A DNA stretch of 64,000 bases from an uncultured Actinomycetota bacterium (GTDB lineage Bacteria > Actinomycetota > Actinomycetes > JAFAQI01): the NCBI GenBank assembly GCA_963770565.1, contig CAVYQE010000007.1, positions 1-64,000 of the forward strand, written 5' to 3'. The notes under the pieces were generated by a model. That model was not told where the DNA came from. It ran no database searches and saw only the letters and a list, made by a program, of their open reading frames with translations. This document shows, piece by piece, positions 54,433-64,000 of the stretch (position 1 is its first letter; the number at the start of each line of letters is the position of its first letter). Both the position numbers and the translations under genes were made by a program.

Positions 54433-56699
54433 CGGACCGCCGCCACGGTCGGCGCTCGTGTCTTGGTGCCGTGCCAGATCTCCATCGGCCAGCGCTCCTT
54501 GCGGGCCACCCGGAACAGCACGACGTCGGGGTCGACGACGACGGGTTGCCCGACCGTGCGCAACAACGGCAGGTCGCTCGCCGAGTCGGCGTAGGCGTAG
54601 CTGGCGGCCAGGTCCCAGCCGGCCTCCAGCGCCCGGTGCCGCAGCCAGGCGGCCCGGGACTCGCCGACCAGCGGCGGCCGGTCGAGGTGCCCGGTGCAGC
54701 GGCCGAACTCGTCGACCGACAGCTCCGCCGCCACGACCTCGTCGAACAGCGCCGCCACCGGTCGGGTCAGCGGGGTGACCGCGCCGGTGACCAGCACGAG
54801 GTGGTGGCCGGCGAGCCGGTGCTCGCGGATCGCTCGCACCGCGTGCGAGGACACCGGGTCAGCATCATCGGCGCGAGCTCGTCGTCGACGATCCGCTCCA
54901 GCTCGGCGATCGAGCGCCCTCGTAGCGCCGGTAGACCATCCGCAGGAACGCCGCTCGGTCCCGGCGTTGGGTGACCAGCCAGCGCGGTAGCGCCCGGGCG
55001 ACCTCGCCGACCTCACGCGCCTTGGCGGTCATCGCCAGCTCGGGGAGCCGCAGCCAGAGGTAGGACTCGACCACGTTGCTCGACAGCAGGGTGCCGTCCA
55101 TGTCGAAGACCGCGACCGTGTCACTGCCGTTCTCGGCCACCTGCCGGGTGGGTTCGGTCCGGGGTCCGCGAAGCGCGCTCAGCGCGGTCAGCGGCGCGAC
55201 GACGGCCGGGACGTGGACGTCGACGAGGTAGTAGCGCCAGTCGATCATCGTGGCGTCGAACCCGAACGGTTCGACGTCGTCGGGATGCAACGCCTCGTGC
55301 AGCGCGAGCGTCGACCGGTCGGAGAAGTGCAGCTCGGCATCGGCGTACGGGCGGTAGAGGTCGAAGTAGCGGCGGAGGAAGTCCAGCCGGCCGCGCTGCC
55401 GGTCGAGGCTGCGCGCCCAGTCGCGGGTCCGGGCCGACCGCGGAAGCGACGTGACGACCCGGTCGGCGGTGCGGTGCGCGCGGTCGCCGAGGCGGATCAG
55501 CTGATCCGACCCGCTCCGACCCCGGCCACTGCCAGCGCGGCACCCGGACCTCGCCGCGGTCGCGCTGCACCATCGGGTGCTCGACGAAGTAACCCGCACA
55601 CCAGGTCGTGCAGCAGCCGGAAGCTCAGCGGGTTTCGGGCGCCGGAGCAAATCGTGTAGTACGCCGGCGAGCCCGGCTCGGGCCGCGTGGCGGCCGCCGC
55701 GATGCATGGCGTTGACGACGAGGTCGACCGGGATGATGTCGATGACGCCGTCCGGGATGCCGGGGAAGTCGGGCAGGTCGCCGCGGCCGAATGCCAGGAT
55801 GATCGGCTCGGCCATCTTGAAGCCTTCGATCCACCCCGGGAACGGCTGGCGCAGCGCGCTTTCGATGATCGCTCGGGCGGAGCGACGGTGACCGGCGAGG
55901 TGCGCCGCGGTGCTCCTCGACCGCGCGCTCAGCCATCGCTTTGGTGAAGGTGTAGCAGTCGGTCCAGCCGAGGCTGCGGCCTCGCTCGCGGCCGGCGTCG
56001 ACCAGCTGTCTTGGTGACCCATTCGCGGCGACGTCGCTCGGCTTCCGCGGAGACCGACAGCGCGCCGAGCGTGCTGTGATCCGCCTCGGCCTCGGCGGTG
56101 AAGACGGCAAGCTGCTCGGCCGAACGGCTGTCGATCTCGGCCCGCTCGCGCAGCTGTGCCGCCATCGTGGCCTCGCTGCGCCAGTCGACGGTGTGGTCGA
56201 GCCGGCCCTCCCGGACGTGTCCTTGTTGGCGACCGGCGACGTACGCCGTGGAGACGTGGACGTAGTGCGGCCGGCTGCTGCTCGCCTCGATCGCGGCGAG
56301 CAGGTTCAGCGTGCCGTGCACGTTCGTGGCGAAGCCATCGTCGATCGCCGGATCGAACGACACCTCGCCCGCGCAATGGATCACGATGTCGAGGTCGCCG
56401 GGCAGGTCGGGCAGATTGTCGAGGTCACCCTCGAGGACGGTGATGTGTCCGCTGTCCAGCAGCGGCCCGAGATCGTCGCCGCGCCGCGTCCGCAGCCGCT
56501 CGAAGGCCGGCCCGGCCAGCACGTGCCGGACCCGGTCCTGGGCCGAGAGCATCCCCCGGGCGCGGACGACCAGGGTGACTGGTGTCTCCGGGAGGTCGTG
56601 CAGCAAGCGCTCGAGCAGCGCCTCGCCCACGAAACCAGTCGATCCCGTGACCAGGATTCGCTGGCCGGCGAGGGCCTCGGCGAGCGGCCGGGCGGTCAT
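54429..56699 (-). CDS. Fatty acyl-CoA reductase (male-sterility SDR)-HAD-IB phosphatase fusion, multiple frameshifts
   Basis: LVTGSTGFVG, HCAG.VSF, HVSTAYV, YTFTKAMAE, PFPGWIEG, DIIPVDLVVNA; then AVFDMDGTL, LVTGA, YAYADSASDLPLL. Confidence 0.85.
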
Positions 56700-56760
56700 G
56701 GCATGGCAGTCAATCACGCCCAGCGACGCGTGATCAGGGGGGATCAAGCACAATGCGCAG

Positions 56761-57447
56761 ATGCGATGTTCGTACCGCGCTTCGGTCGCGGAGCCGGTCG
56801 AGGCGGTGTGGGCTGCGCTCTCGGACCTGGATCGGGTGCTTGCGGCGGCGCCGGGCGCCACCCTCACGCGGGACGGCGACGGCGTCGCGGGGTCGGTCAA
56901 GTGCCCGGTCGGTGCCGCACAGATCACCTACCGGATCACGGTGACGAGCGGTACGGCGGACGCCGGCCCGCGCGCTGCGGTCCTGTCGGTTAGCGGTCGT
57001 GAGGCCCGCGGCAGCGGCACCCTGCAGGCGACACTGACGATTGCGGTCGCTGCCGCCGATGCAAGCACGAGCGTCGAGGTCGATGGCGATATCGACGCGT
57101 CCGGCCGCGGCGCGAGCGCCGATGAGGCGGACTGGTCACGGGTGCTCGGCCGCCTGCTCGACGGCGTCCTCGCCGGCGTCGTGGGCGCTAAGGGGACAGG
57201 TGCTAAGGGGACAGGTACCAAGGAGTCAGGCGCCGAGCGGGCCAAACCGGCCGGAGCGGAGACCGCCGCAACGCCGCCGCGACCCGCGCTGTCGATCGCG
57301 CCCGATGGTCGCGACTACGCTCCCGACGACCTCGGCTGGGCCGACCGGCTCCCGAGCGCACGAGTGGTGGGCACGATCGTGTTCGGCCTCGTCGTCGTCG
57401 TCCGCCGCCGACGGCGGCGGCACCGATCCGAAGGAGCTGACGAATGA
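56761..57447 (+). CDS. CoxG-like SRPBCC protein with C-terminal TM and Arg tail
   Basis: VW..L.D..RV....PGATL, Y.., G.EARG.G; TM plus RRRRRR; CACAAT-N6-ATG. Confidence 0.75.
   Translation: MRCSYRASVAEPVEAVWAALSDLDRVLAAAPGATLTRDGDGVAGSVKCPVGAAQITYRITVTSGTADAGPRAAVLSVSGREARGSGTLQATLTIAVAAADASTSVEVDGDIDASGRGASADEADWSRVLGRLLDGVLAGVVGAKGTGAKGTGTKESGAERAKPAGAETAATPPRPALSIAPDGRDYAPDDLGWADRLPSARVVGTIVFGLVVVVRRRRRRHRSEGADE
57187..57231 (+). repeat. 15-bp tandem repeat in the CoxG-like linker
   Basis: GCTAAGGGGACAGGT x2 plus a degenerate third copy ([15 protein letters not shown]). Confidence 0.6.
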
Positions 57448-59042
57448 CCAGCAGTGACCCGGCGCAGGTCATCGGCCCGGTTGAAGACCGGTTCGATGAG
57501 ATCCTCACGCCCGAGGCACTCGCATTCGTGGCCGACCTTCAGCGCACCTTCGGTGCCCGTCGTACCGAGCTTCTCGCCCGCCGCCGCGACCGGCGGGCTC
57601 AGGCCGCCGAAACCGGCCGGCTGGACTTCCTCGACGAGACCCGCGAGATCCGGGCGGACACCAGCTGGCGGGTCGCGCCGCCGGCTGACCTGGTCGATCG
57701 GCGGGTCGAGATCACCGGCCCGACCGAGAAGAAGATGCTCGTCAACGCACTGAACTCCGGCGCCAAGGTGTTCATGGCCGACTTCGAGGACGCGAGCACC
57801 CCGACCTGGCACAACAAGGTGCAGGGCCAGGTCAACCTGATCGACGCGATCGAACGGCGGATCGACTTCGTGTCGCCGGAGGGCAAGAGCTATGCGCTCA
57901 ATCCGACCGTAGCCGCGCTGATGCCGCGGCCACGCGGCTGGCACCTGCCCGAGAAGCATGTGCTGGTCGACGGCGAGCCGATCAGCGGTGGCTTGTTCGA
58001 CTTCGGGCTGTTCTTCTTCCACAACGTGGCCCGGCTGACCGCGAAGGGCACCCGGCCGTATTTCTACCTGCCCAAGCTGGAGTCGCATCTGGAGGCCCGG
58101 CTCTGGAACGACGTGTTCAACCACGCGCAGGATGGGTTGGGGGTCGCGCGCGGCACGATCCGCGCGACCGTCCTGATCGAGACCATCCCGGCCGCGTTCG
58201 AGATGGACGAGATCCTGTACGAGCTGCGCGAGCACTCCTACGGGCTGAACGCGGGCCGCTGGGACTACATGTTCTCGATGATCAAGATGTTCCGCGATCG
58301 CGGCGAAGAATTCCTGCTTCCCGACCGCAACAGCGTCACGATGACCGTGCCGTTCATGCGGGCCTACAGCGAGCTGCTCGTGCAGACCTGCCACAAGCGC
58401 GGCGCATTCGCGATGGGCGGCATGGCCGCGTTCATCCCCAGCCGCAAGGATCCCGAGATCAACCGGGTCGCGCTCGAGCGGGTGAAGGCGGACAAAGAGC
58501 GCGAGGCGCGGGCCGGCTTCGACGGCACCTGGGTGGCCCACCCCGACCTGGTGCCGACCGCGCTGGCCGAGTTCGACGCGGTCCTCGGCGATCGCCCGAA
58601 CCAGATCGACAAGCTGCGGCCGGACGTCGATGTCAGCGCCGACGACCTGCTCGCGGTCGCCCTCACGCCGGGGGAGAAGACCGCGGTCGGGCTGCGAACC
58701 AATGTCGACGTCGGGATCCGCTACATCGAGTCGTGGCTGCGGGGCAACGGCGCAGCTGCGATCCACAACCTGATGGAGGACGCGGCGACCGCGGAGATCT
58801 CGCGCTCGCAGGTCTGGCAATGGGTGCACAACGACGTGACCCTCGCCGACACCGGCGAGCAGGTCACTGCCGAGCTGGTCCGCAAGGTGGCCGACGAGGT
58901 GACCGCCGAGGTGAGGACCGAGATCGGCGACGACGTCTACGAGTCCGGCCGGTGGGTCGAGGCCCGCGAGATCTTCGAGGAGGTCGCGCTCTCCGACGAC
59001 TTCATCGAGTTCCTGACCCTTCCGGCGTACGACCGGTTGTAG
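57444..59042 (+). CDS. aceB: Malate synthase A
   Basis: [63 protein letters not shown]. Confidence 0.96.
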   Translation: MTSSDPAQVIGPVEDRFDEILTPEALAFVADLQRTFGARRTELLARRRDRRAQAAETGRLDFLDETREIRADTSWRVAPPADLVDRRVEITGPTEKKMLVNALNSGAKVFMADFEDASTPTWHNKVQGQVNLIDAIERRIDFVSPEGKSYALNPTVAALMPRPRGWHLPEKHVLVDGEPISGGLFDFGLFFFHNVARLTAKGTRPYFYLPKLESHLEARLWNDVFNHAQDGLGVARGTIRATVLIETIPAAFEMDEILYELREHSYGLNAGRWDYMFSMIKMFRDRGEEFLLPDRNSVTMTVPFMRAYSELLVQTCHKRGAFAMGGMAAFIPSRKDPEINRVALERVKADKEREARAGFDGTWVAHPDLVPTALAEFDAVLGDRPNQIDKLRPDVDVSADDLLAVALTPGEKTAVGLRTNVDVGIRYIESWLRGNGAAAIHNLMEDAATAEISRSQVWQWVHNDVTLADTGEQVTAELVRKVADEVTAEVRTEIGDDVYESGRWVEAREIFEEVALSDDFIEFLTLPAYDRL

Positions 59043-59048
59043 CCCGGA

Positions 59049-60506
59049 TTGGCCGCGCTCGAGACCCTCATCGCGGACTGCCGCCGCGAGCTCGCACCGG
59101 TGAAGGTGATCACCGAGCCGGTCCAGCTCCGGACCTACGAGTGCGACGGCCTGGCGGCCTATCGATGTACGCCGGGCCTGGTGGTGCTGGCCGAATCCCG
59201 GGCGGATGTCGAGTTCGTCGTCGGCCGGTGCGCCGCGCTCGGCGTGCCGTTCATCGCGCGCGGGTCGGGGACCGGTCTCTCAGGGGGCGCGCTGCCGCGC
59301 GGTGACGGCGTACTCATCGTGTTGTCGCGGATGAACACCATCGTCGACGTCGACCTCGGCGACGAGCGGGCGGTCGTGCAGCCCGGCGTCATCAACGCCG
59401 ACCTGACCAAGTCGGTGGCCTCGGCGGGCTACTACTACGCGCCGGACCCGTCCAGCCAGCAGGTGTGTTCCCTCGGCGGCAACGTCGCGGAGAACTCCGG
59501 CGGCGCGCACTGCCTGAAGTACGGCTTCACCGCGCACCACGTCACCGGGCTCGAGGTGGTCCTGCCGGACGGCAGCACCGAACGGTTCGGTGGCAGCGCG
59601 CCGGACCCGGTCGGCTACGACCTGGTCGGCGCGATCGTAGGCAGTGAGGGAACGCTGGGCGTGGTGACCGAGGCGACCGTCCGGCTGCTCCGCCGGCCGC
59701 AGGCCGTACAGACCGTCCTGGCCGGCTTCCACACGATCGATGACGCGGGGAACGCGGTGAGCGCGATCATCGCCGCCGGAGTCCTGCCCGCGGCGATCGA
59801 GCTGATGGATGCGCTCGCGATCGAGGCCGCCGAGGCCGCCGTACATCCGGGTTATCCGGCCGGCGCCGGTGCGGTGATGGTCGGCGAGCTCGACGGGCCG
59901 GTTTGCGAGGTCGACGCACAGCTCGCCGAGGTCGAGCGGTTGTGTGCCGAGGCCGGGGCGTTCGAGATCCGAGTGGCGGCCGACGAGGCCGAGCGCGCCT
60001 TGATCTGGAAGGGACGGAAGTCCGCGTTCGCGGCGGTCGGCCGGATCAGCCCGGACTACATCGTCCAGGACGGCGTGATCCCGCGCACGGCACTCTCCGA
60101 GGTGCTGCTGGCGATTGAGGCGGTCGGTGCCGAGGCCGGGATCCGGGTCGCCAACGTCTTCCATGCCGGTGACGGCAATTTGCACCCGCTGGTGCTCTTC
60201 GACGAGAGCCGCGGTGAGACCGAGCGCGCCGAGGAGGTGTCCAACCGGATCATCGAGCTCTGCCTCGAGCACGGCGGCTCGATCACCGGCGAGCACGGCG
60301 TCGGTCACGACAAGAAAGTGCACATGGGAAAGATGTTCAACGAGATCGACCTCGACGTGATGCAGCTGGTGCGGTGCGCGTTCGACCCGGACAACATCTG
60401 TAACCCGGGCAAGATCTTCCCGACGCCGCGGTTGTGCGGCGAACGGCCCGGCCGGGCCCGCGGGGTGCACCCGTTGCAGGAAGCCGGCATCGCGGATGTC
60501 TTCTGA
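59049..60506 (+). CDS. glcD: Glycolate oxidase FAD subunit GlcD
   Basis: RGSGTGLSGGA, PDPSSQ, ENSGGAHCLKYG, GSEGTLG, FHAGDGNLHP, GEHGVG. Confidence 0.92.
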   Translation: MAALETLIADCRRELAPVKVITEPVQLRTYECDGLAAYRCTPGLVVLAESRADVEFVVGRCAALGVPFIARGSGTGLSGGALPRGDGVLIVLSRMNTIVDVDLGDERAVVQPGVINADLTKSVASAGYYYAPDPSSQQVCSLGGNVAENSGGAHCLKYGFTAHHVTGLEVVLPDGSTERFGGSAPDPVGYDLVGAIVGSEGTLGVVTEATVRLLRRPQAVQTVLAGFHTIDDAGNAVSAIIAAGVLPAAIELMDALAIEAAEAAVHPGYPAGAGAVMVGELDGPVCEVDAQLAEVERLCAEAGAFEIRVAADEAERALIWKGRKSAFAAVGRISPDYIVQDGVIPRTALSEVLLAIEAVGAEAGIRVANVFHAGDGNLHPLVLFDESRGETERAEEVSNRIIELCLEHGGSITGEHGVGHDKKVHMGKMFNEIDLDVMQLVRCAFDPDNICNPGKIFPTPRLCGERPGRARGVHPLQEAGIADVF

Positions 60507-61647
60507 GTCGTCGACGTCGACAGTCGGCGGCGTCGTGGCGGGGTCGGTCGCCCAGCCGATGAACACCGCCGACCTCGCGACCGCCCTGCGGCATGCGACC
60601 GACGAGGGCAAGACCGTGCTGGCGTGCGGCGGGCGGAGCAAGATCGAGTGGGGGACGCCGCCGTCGTCCCTGGACCTCCTGGTCAGTACGACGTCGATGG
60701 ACCGGATCCTGGAGCACGCGGCCGGCGACCTGGTCGTGACCACCCAGGCCGGGGCGCCGTTGGCGGCCGTGCAGGAGCAGGTGGCCGGCGCGGGGCAGTG
60801 GCTCGCGCTGGATCCGCCCGAGCCGGGCGCGACCGTCGGCGGAGTCGTTGCTGCCGCGGCCAGCGGGCCGCGCCGGTTGCGGTACGGCACACCGCGCGAC
60901 CTCCTGATCGGGATCACGATCGTCTTGGCCGACGGCACGGTCGCAAAGTCAGGCGGCAAGGTGGTCAAGAACGTCGCCGGTTACGACCTTGGCAAGCTGT
61001 TCACCGGGTCGTTCGGGACGCTCGGGGTGATCGCCGAGTGCACGTTCCGCTTGCACCCGCGTCCCCCGGTACGCCGGGTGGTGACCGCGCTTGCCGACGA
61101 TCCCGCGGCAGCGGCGGCGCGCTGCTTCGACACCGGTGCGACCCCGACCGCGCTCGAGTGGGACGGTGCCACGGTGATCGCGGTGGTCGAGTCGATCGAG
61201 TCGGCGGCGGACATCCAGGCCGCCGACATCGCAGCCGCGATCGCCGGCGAGGTCACGGACGCCCTCCCGGACTCCTTCGGCGAGCGGCCGTGGCGGCGCG
61301 GCGATCCCGGACAGGTCGGCGTCAAGATCACCCATCGCCTCGGCGCGGTGAACGAGGCGGTCAGGGCCGTGCGCGACCTCATCCCTGAGGCGCGGCTTCG
61401 CGCCCATCTGGGCAGCGGGGTCCTGTGGGCCGGCACCGCCAGCGAGGACCTGTCGTGGTTGGAGCCGCTGCGCCGCCGCGCGGCCGGTTGGGACGGCCAG
61501 GTCGTCCTGGTTGAGGCGCCGACCGAGGCGAAGCACGGGATCGATGTCTGGGGGCCGGCGCGCGGGCTGGAAGTGATGCGACGGATCAAGGAGCAGTTCG
61601 ACCCGGACGGCCGGATGTCGCCCGGCCGGTACGTGGGCGGGATCTGA
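60496..61647 (+). CDS. glcE: Glycolate oxidase subunit GlcE
   Basis: DLVVT..AG, GP.R.RYG..RD, GGKVVKNVAGYDLGKL..GS.GTLG, K..FDP. Confidence 0.9.
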   Translation: MSSESSTSTVGGVVAGSVAQPMNTADLATALRHATDEGKTVLACGGRSKIEWGTPPSSLDLLVSTTSMDRILEHAAGDLVVTTQAGAPLAAVQEQVAGAGQWLALDPPEPGATVGGVVAAAASGPRRLRYGTPRDLLIGITIVLADGTVAKSGGKVVKNVAGYDLGKLFTGSFGTLGVIAECTFRLHPRPPVRRVVTALADDPAAAAARCFDTGATPTALEWDGATVIAVVESIESAADIQAADIAAAIAGEVTDALPDSFGERPWRRGDPGQVGVKITHRLGAVNEAVRAVRDLIPEARLRAHLGSGVLWAGTASEDLSWLEPLRRRAAGWDGQVVLVEAPTEAKHGIDVWGPARGLEVMRRIKEQFDPDGRMSPGRYVGGI

Positions 61648-61648
61648 C

Positions 61649-62929
61649 GTGGCCGAGATCTCGCCCGAGCTGGTCTCGGAGTGCGTGCACTGCGGCTTCT
61701 GCCTGCCGACCTGTCCGACGTACGTGCTGTGGGGCGAGGAGATGGACTCCCCGCGCGGACGGATCTATCTGATGAAGCAGCTGCTCGAGGGCACGCCGCT
61801 CGACGCGACGATGACCGGGCACTTCGACAACTGCCTCGGCTGCATGTCGTGTCTGACCGCATGCCCGTCAGGGGTTCAGTACGACGCGTTGATCGAGGCG
61901 ACCCGCGCCGAGATCGAGCCGGCCGCCGAACGGCGGCGATCGGACCGGGCGGTCCGCGGGATGGTGTTCGCGCTGTTTCCCTACCCGCGCCGGCTGGGGC
62001 TGCTGCGCGGGCCGCTGCGGGTCTACCAGCGAACCGGCCTTCGCCGGCTGATCCGCCGCAGCTCCGTGCTCGACCGCCTGCCCGCCGCGGTCGGGGTCAT
62101 GGACGACTTGCTGCCACCGCTCGCGGCGATGCCGGCCGTGCCTGCGCTGACGCCTGCGGTCGGCGCGAAGCGAGCCCGGGTCGGGCTGCTGCTCGGCTGC
62201 GTACAGCGCCAGTTCTTCCCGGGCGTGAACGCCGCGACCGCTCGAGTCCTGGCCGCCGAGGGTTGCGAGGTCGTCGCGCCGCGCAGCCAGGCGTGCTGCG
62301 GCGCGTTGTCGCTGCATGTCGGCCGCGAGGCCGAGGCGCTGGACCGGGCGAAGCGGCTGATCGCGGCTTTTGAGTCACAAGCGGTCGACGCGATCGTCGT
62401 CAACGTCGCCGGCTGCGGATCGTCAGTGAAGGATTACGGGCGACTGCTCGCCGGCGACCCGCACTGGGCGCCCCGGGCCGAGGCGTTCTCCGCCAAGTGC
62501 CGCGACGTCAGCGAGTTCCTTGCCGAGCTCGGGCCGGTCGCCATCCGCCACCCGCTGCCGATGGTGGCGGCGTACCACGACGCGTGTCATCTGAGCCACG
62601 CGCAGGGGATCCGGGCGCAACCCCGGTCGCTGCTCGCCGGCATCCCGGGGCTCGAGGTCCGAGAGATCGCCGAGTCGGAGATCTGCTGCGGCTCGGCCGG
62701 CGTCTACAACCTGCTCAGGCCGCAGCCGGCCCGCGAGCTCGGCGACCGCAAGGCCGCCAACGTGGCCGCGACCGGGGCCGAGGTGTTGATCACCGCCAAT
62801 CCTGGCTGCCTGATGCAGGTCAGCGCCGCGATGCAGCGGGCAGGTCACTCGATCGCGCTCGCGCACACGATCGAGGTGCTCGACGCGGCGATCCGCGGAC
62901 TCCCGGTCAGTGCCCTCGGCGTGCGGTGA
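61649..62929 (+). CDS. glcF: Glycolate oxidase iron-sulfur subunit GlcF
   Basis: CVHCGFCLPTCP, CLGCMSCLTACPSG, two CCG domains, YHDACHL. Confidence 0.92.
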   Translation: MAEISPELVSECVHCGFCLPTCPTYVLWGEEMDSPRGRIYLMKQLLEGTPLDATMTGHFDNCLGCMSCLTACPSGVQYDALIEATRAEIEPAAERRRSDRAVRGMVFALFPYPRRLGLLRGPLRVYQRTGLRRLIRRSSVLDRLPAAVGVMDDLLPPLAAMPAVPALTPAVGAKRARVGLLLGCVQRQFFPGVNAATARVLAAEGCEVVAPRSQACCGALSLHVGREAEALDRAKRLIAAFESQAVDAIVVNVAGCGSSVKDYGRLLAGDPHWAPRAEAFSAKCRDVSEFLAELGPVAIRHPLPMVAAYHDACHLSHAQGIRAQPRSLLAGIPGLEVREIAESEICCGSAGVYNLLRPQPARELGDRKAANVAATGAEVLITANPGCLMQVSAAMQRAGHSIALAHTIEVLDAAIRGLPVSALGVR

Positions 62930-63395
62930 TGAGGTCGGCGACGCCGGTGACCACCAGCAGGATGCCGGCGACGAGCGACAACCAGAGCCCAGGGCCGGCT
63001 CGATCGGAGAAGTTGGCGACGTCGCTGCCGCGAATGATCGTCGTCGACTCGTAAGCCGTCACCGCGACCACGATCACGGCGCAGATGGTCACCGCGGCCA
63101 CCAGCAGCCGCTGGCCGCCCCGGAACAGGACCACCCCGCCGACCAGGATCGCCACGACGCCGAGGATCAAGCAGAGGTCGCCGACCCCGACATTCGCGCT
63201 GCCGAGCCGGGAGAAGTGCAGTCCGCGGACCCGCTGCAGGACCACGGCAGCGCCGCCGGACGGCGCGGTCGTGACGGTCCGCCAGGTCAGGCAGGAGCCG
63301 ACGACGGCAAGAACTCCGGCCGCGATCAGCGCGATCCCCGATCGCGCGATTCCACGGCCGGCGGGGTCCGCCTCGAGCGGACTGCGGTGGGCCAC
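62907..63395 (-). CDS. Four-TM membrane hypothetical protein
   Basis: GSCLTW after TM1, G.GLW before the last TM; four hydrophobic segments. Confidence 0.65.
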   Translation of the reverse strand: MAHRSPLEADPAGRGIARSGIALIAAGVLAVVGSCLTWRTVTTAPSGGAAVVLQRVRGLHFSRLGSANVGVGDLCLILGVVAILVGGVVLFRGGQRLLVAAVTICAVIVVAVTAYESTTIIRGSDVANFSDRAGPGLWLSLVAGILLVVTGVADLITARRGH

Positions 63396-63447
63396 GCTGG
63401 ACTATCGGCAGGTCACGGGGCGGGCTTGCGGCCGACTGGCCGGGTCG

Positions 63448-63657
63448 TCATGGCCAGCCACGGTAGGTCTCTTCCTGAGTTCCGATCGCCCGCGGGTCCT
63501 CGTTCGCCCGTCGCGTCGGCGGTGCGGCCAGGCTTAGCGCGTTGCGGAACCGGCCCCACCGCGATCGCCGGTGGCCGAGGCGTTCCTCCTCAGCCTCGGC
63601 CGGATCAACCGGGTCCGCGGGGTCCGTGGGGTCCGTGGGTTCGCTCGGGTCGGCCAT
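63448..63657 (-). CDS. Small hypothetical protein with DP(T/A/V) repeats
   Basis: GAGGAG RBS before ATG 63657; EPTDPTDPADPVDPA from 9-bp repeats. Confidence 0.45.
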   Translation of the reverse strand: MADPSEPTDPTDPADPVDPAEAEEERLGHRRSRWGRFRNALSLAAPPTRRANEDPRAIGTQEETYRGWP

Positions 63658-63750
63658 CCGTACTCCTCGCTTGTCTGCCTCCACGGTGGCACACCGGGGT
63701 CCCAAAACCCGATGGCTCGCTGTCGGCCGGTCGCACTAGTGTCGGGCGTC

Positions 63751-64000
63751 GTGAGCATCGCTAGCGGCGCCGACGACGCGATCCTCGTCGAAGGCCTCCA
63801 CAAGTCCTTCGGGTCCGTCCACGCGCTGGCCGGCGTCGACCTTGCGGTGCCGCGTGGCACCGTGCTCGGGGTGCTCGGCCCCAACGGCGCGGGCAAGACC
63901 ACCGCGGTCAAGATCCTCACCACACTGACCCTGCCCGACGCGGGCCGGGTGATCGTCGACGGCCGCGACGTGGTCGCCGACGCCGCCGCGGTCCGGCACT
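63751..64000 (+). CDS. ABC transporter ATP-binding protein (DrrA-like), runs off the window
   Basis: Own translation: VEGLHKSFG...ALAGVDL.V..GTVLGVLGPNGAGKTT (Walker A). Confidence 0.9.
   Translation, partial: MSIASGADDAILVEGLHKSFGSVHALAGVDLAVPRGTVLGVLGPNGAGKTTAVKILTTLTLPDAGRVIVDGRDVVADAAAVRH

Overview
High-GC actinobacterial chromosomal DNA (taxon inferred from gene content, codon usage and SigA/DUF4192/WXG100-type genes). It is densely coding, with about 68 genes and many apparently leaderless transcripts. I saw no rRNA, tRNA, CRISPR array, transposase or prophage. Most genes are routine metabolism or housekeeping: hmgA-fahA, aceB-glcDEF, gabD, msrA, sppA, dacB, two RpoD-family sigma factors and an ECF/anti-sigma pair. 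The strongest candidate for an undescribed system is a translationally coupled minus-strand operon (56699->50700): a fatty acyl-CoA reductase/HAD phosphatase fusion, a Zn-dependent dehydrogenase, a LarA (nickel-pincer lactate racemase)-family protein and an acyltransferase. These map one-to-one onto the steps of an alkyl-ether glycerolipid pathway, with the LarA-like protein in the slot of the ether-forming enzyme (inference). That block carries many indels, probably sequencing or assembly error. Also notable: a two-gene type VII secretion substrate pair (YxxxD partner plus WXG100/RNase A-like toxin) with no room for an immunity gene; a fully degenerate EAL protein upstream of a group-2 sigma; a 14-repeat Cys-rich secreted protein with basic and acidic halves; and several intergenic inverted-repeat elements, including a 165-bp CTAG-flanked MITE-like element. 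All family assignments are from motif recognition by eye; no searches were run.
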